64,000 nucleotides of DNA from Chloroflexota bacterium (lineage in GTDB: Bacteria > Chloroflexota > UBA11872 > VXOZ01). Below the pieces are notes generated by a model. That model had not been told where the DNA came from. It did no database searches and saw only the letters and a list, made by a program, of their open reading frames with translations. Location of the stretch: positions 1 through 64,000 of the forward strand of contig CAXXVD010000005.1 in NCBI GenBank assembly GCA_963662335.2, in the 5' to 3' direction. Below, piece by piece: positions 60,991-64,000 of this stretch. The position numbers and the translations under genes are program-made. Position 1 is the first letter of the stretch, and every line of letters begins with the position of its first letter.

Positions 60991-61935
60991 TTACATGCCA
61001 AGCTCAGCCGTGATCTCCCGCACGTACGCCACGTCCTCTTGGAGTTGCGCGACAAGCTCGGCGTACGAGAGTTCCCGCCAACTCCACGCGCCCTGGTATT
61101 CCGTATGAAAACTGGCAAAGCTGTCGTAGCCGATTTGCTTGAGGTACTGGAACGCCTCGCGGTACGGTGTGATGCCTTCCTTTAAGGGTACGAACTTGCT
61201 CTCCCAGGAAACGACGCCGGCGGATGGCTCAGCGCGCGTGCCGTCCAGGCCCGGCCGCACGTGCGAGCGGCGGCCCGCGTCGTCCTGGCCGGTATAGGGA
61301 AAGAGCCCCACGTTCTTGAGCGAGAGCATGATGAGGCGTTCTGAAACCAGGTCCAGGCTCTGCACCCAACCGCCGTACGCGCCTTCCAGCCCCATGTGGC
61401 CGAGATCGGCGTAGATGCCCAGCGCGTTCGGCTCGAAATCGGCCACCACGCGCTCCGCCTGCATCGCCTCCGCGGACAAGCAGTACCCGGCGTGAACGTG
61501 CACGCCCGCTTGTATCCCGTACTCCAGGCACAGCCGCTCGATGCTCTCCAGGTCGCGCCGCATCTCGTCCAGTTGCCGCCGTAGGTGGCCGAAGCCGTCG
61601 TAGTGATGGTAGCCGAGCTTGAACTGCCGGATGCCGCATTCACTGGCAACCGCAATGACCTCGCGGGCGTGCGGGGATGCGGCGCTGGTAATGTCCGTCG
61701 CAATCCAACCGATTTCAAGTCCATGCGCGCGGCATACCGCAACCGCGCGGGGGAGGTCCGCGCGCACCCGGTCCGGCGTCACGTGGCCGGCCGTGCCCGC
61801 CGCCGCTTCCGGCAAGGCGTGACCGGCGCCGCGCACGGCAAGCTCGAAACCGTCAAGGCCCAATCCGGCTATCGTCGCAGCCATTTCCTCCAAGGAAAGG
61901 TGTTCGAAACGCTTCGAAAAGACCAAGAACCTCAT
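60991..61935 (-). CDS. Sugar phosphate isomerase/epimerase (TIM barrel)
   Basis: FSK, GFELAVR, HVH, DLGH, SFHTEY. Confidence 0.87.
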   Translation of the reverse strand: MRFLVFSKRFEHLSLEEMAATIAGLGLDGFELAVRGAGHALPEAAAGTAGHVTPDRVRADLPRAVAVCRAHGLEIGWIATDITSAASPHAREVIAVASECGIRQFKLGYHHYDGFGHLRRQLDEMRRDLESIERLCLEYGIQAGVHVHAGYCLSAEAMQAERVVADFEPNALGIYADLGHMGLEGAYGGWVQSLDLVSERLIMLSLKNVGLFPYTGQDDAGRRSHVRPGLDGTRAEPSAGVVSWESKFVPLKEGITPYREAFQYLKQIGYDSFASFHTEYQGAWSWRELSYAELVAQLQEDVAYVREITAELGM

Positions 61936-62216
61936 TCGCCTGACCTCACTGATTCGCTTGCGTCGAGAGGCGCGTAACGAGCGCCGGCCTGTTTCCGTCT
62001 CCCCGGTCCGGGCTCGCGCGCCGGCTCGCCACCCATTTCAAGAAGATAGTGAAACTATACGCTACTCGCCTATCTCTCTACAAAGGCTTCCGGCGAGTGG
62101 ACGAAGGGCCGGACTGCCGCCGTTCCCGAGCGCGCTTACCAGCCGCCCGCCCCATTGCCGCGCGCCGTGGGGCGGAGTACCATTGGGATGAGCGGTAGCA
62201 TGGGAAAGGAGCACGC

Positions 62217-63836
62217 ATGGCCCTCTCGACAAATCGCACGCGCGCCTTAGTTCTGAGTTTGCTCTCCGTCGTGGGGCTTGTCCTCGTGCTGGGATTTGCC
62301 GGCGCGCTCGTAAACCGCATACGCGGCGTACCGGAATACGCGCCACCCGTGCTGGAGATGAGTGAAGAGGGCGAACCGACGGTGAGTGTGCTGCCGGGGC
62401 GCGCCGAACTGGGCGCGACGGTCTTCATCACCGGCGCCCACTGGCCGGAGGGGGCGCTTATACGGCTCCAGTTGACCTATCCGGACGGTGAGTCGGCGGT
62501 TACCGTCGGTCACGTGTGGGCGAACGCCTACGGCACGTTTCGCGTGCCGTTCGTCCTACCCGTAGACCTGCCGCTCTTGGGAGAGAACGACCTGATCGTG
62601 GAAGCGCGCGGCGAGACGCCGCGCGGCAATGAGCACCTCCACCAACGCCCGTTGCAGGTGACGCGCGCGGGCTGGCCGCTGGTGGTGAAAGCCAGCGCGG
62701 GTGACAACAATGAGCCGGTGGCCGGCGCGCACGTCTCGCTCTACGACAACATCGGCCAGTTGCTGGCGGAAGCGTTTACGCGCGAAGACGGCACGGCCAC
62801 CATCCCGGACGTGCCCCTTGGCGCGTACATCATCGGCGTGCGCAAGCTAGACTACGCGCTTGCCCGCGCAGAGGTAGCGGTGTCGCGGCGAGAGACCGAA
62901 GTGCCGGTTTCGTTGCGCCCGCGGAGCGGGGGGCGGTTGTTCGTCGGTGGCGTCGACAATTCACTTACCCTGATCGACACAGCCAGCAATCTGCCGGTTA
63001 CGCGCTTGGAGGACGTCTCGCCCACGTTCAATCTTGTCCGCAGCCTGGACGGACGCTACCTCTACAGCGGCTGGTACGGCAGTTCGATTGTCCGCTTCGA
63101 CGCCGCCACCGGCAAAGTGGACCAGACGTTCGACATCAAGAGCGACTACACCCAGCCGACACTCCTCTTCCTGCGTCCTTTCGATGAGAAGACGATCTTC
63201 GGGCTCATTCGGTTTCAGGGGGACAATGACGAGCGTGTCTATCGCATTGTGGCGATAGACATGGAGGAACTGCGCGTGACGAAGGCCGTGACCGACATTC
63301 CCTCGTACGGACAACTCATCCTCTCTTCCGACGGCGGCCGCCTCATCCACGTCGGCCATCAGAGCAAGACGATCACCGTGCTGAGCACAAATCCCCTCGC
63401 CGTCGTGCGTTCAATTGAAGTCCGGGAGAATCCGGGGCGCAGCGTCATGGCCCAGGATGGGGCGCGTCTCTTTACGACTCTCATAGAGTCCGGCACGCTC
63501 GCCATCGTTAACATTCGCGACGGCACGGTGGAGCAAGGCGCAACCACCAGCGCCGGCTCGATTGCCGTGGCGTTGCATCCAACCGCCGCGCGGCTCTACG
63601 TGCTCAACCAGGTGCTCGGTTACTGCCAGGTGCTGGATCCAGAGACCTTGACCGTGCAAGACACCATACCGGTTGGGCAGCAGCCGCGCGCCATGGCGCT
63701 CTCGAGCGATGGCCGCCACCTCTACATTGCGGAGAGAAGCAGGCCGGTGCTCCACGTGATCGATACGGCAACGAATCTACAAGTCGATACCATCACCCTT
63801 TCAAGTCGCGCGCGTGCGCTGGAAGTGCCGAATTAG
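62217..63836 (+). CDS. Membrane-anchored surface protein: Ig-like + carboxypeptidase-regulatory-like + YVTN beta-propeller
   Basis: N-terminal TM; PVAGAHVSL...T..DG...VPLGAY; repeats such as SSDGRHLYIA and IDTATN; GAAAGGAG RBS. Confidence 0.8.
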   Translation: MALSTNRTRALVLSLLSVVGLVLVLGFAGALVNRIRGVPEYAPPVLEMSEEGEPTVSVLPGRAELGATVFITGAHWPEGALIRLQLTYPDGESAVTVGHVWANAYGTFRVPFVLPVDLPLLGENDLIVEARGETPRGNEHLHQRPLQVTRAGWPLVVKASAGDNNEPVAGAHVSLYDNIGQLLAEAFTREDGTATIPDVPLGAYIIGVRKLDYALARAEVAVSRRETEVPVSLRPRSGGRLFVGGVDNSLTLIDTASNLPVTRLEDVSPTFNLVRSLDGRYLYSGWYGSSIVRFDAATGKVDQTFDIKSDYTQPTLLFLRPFDEKTIFGLIRFQGDNDERVYRIVAIDMEELRVTKAVTDIPSYGQLILSSDGGRLIHVGHQSKTITVLSTNPLAVVRSIEVRENPGRSVMAQDGARLFTTLIESGTLAIVNIRDGTVEQGATTSAGSIAVALHPTAARLYVLNQVLGYCQVLDPETLTVQDTIPVGQQPRAMALSSDGRHLYIAERSRPVLHVIDTATNLQVDTITLSSRARALEVPN

Positions 63837-63935
63837 ACAGAGCCGGGTTCAGGCGTCCGCTGGGAGTCCCAGGCCCTGCCGGGCGCGCCGCCTGTCGCTG
63901 CCCGGACTTTCCTGAGAGAAACTCCTCTCAAACCC

Positions 63936-63964
63936 TTGCGCGTTCACGGCCGTCGTGCTATAGT
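63936..63964 (+). promoter_or_regulatory. Sigma70 promoter for a gene beyond the window
   Basis: TTGCGC-17-TATAGT with extended TG. Confidence 0.55.
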
Positions 63965-64000
63965 AGAGGCGTACGACCTCACCGTCCTCATTTTTCTGTC

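Overview
A GC-rich bacterial chromosomal window, most consistent with a Chloroflexota genome (inferred from gene families, not tested). From left to right it holds: (1) an opine/sarcosine-oxidase-like flavoprotein pair, with an apparent +1 frameshift in the first gene; (2) a visibly lower-GC defence islet with two tandem type II restriction-modification systems (beta-class MTase + EcoO109I/PmeII-family REase; alpha-class MTase + TdeIII/MjaII-family REase) and a GNAT gene, bordered on the left by a decayed fragment of the second MTase; (3) assorted metabolic genes, including an HTH-MBL fusion, a DUF3179 lipoprotein, a ThiO-like oxidase and an atypical PfkA; (4) holB co-oriented with an EPS module (CpsD kinase, two Wzz/CpsC-like proteins, two GT4 and a priming glycosyltransferase); (5) rarA, an AttE/F-G/H-like ABC-lipocalin operon, a CPT-like kinase and tRNA-Arg(CCG); (6) a Rex-headed complex I operon, nuoABCD-G-HIJKLMN, that lacks nuoE/nuoF and has a NuoG with an extra ferredoxin-type cluster; (7) vanW-like and ridA genes, then a catabolic cluster with two orphan Tat-lipoprotein solute-binding proteins, a cysteine hydrolase, a class III aminotransferase, an active/degenerate amidohydrolase pair, a Gfo/Idh/MocA oxidoreductase and a sugar isomerase; (8) a YVTN beta-propeller surface protein. 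Non-coding highlights are three multi-copy REP-like repeat families, an exact 21-bp phased array at the nuoN stop, and two promoter-linked structured-RNA candidates (about 26543-26691 on + and 50828-50990 on -). No CRISPR array, rRNA, transposase or integrase was seen. All calls come from reading motifs by eye; no database search was run.
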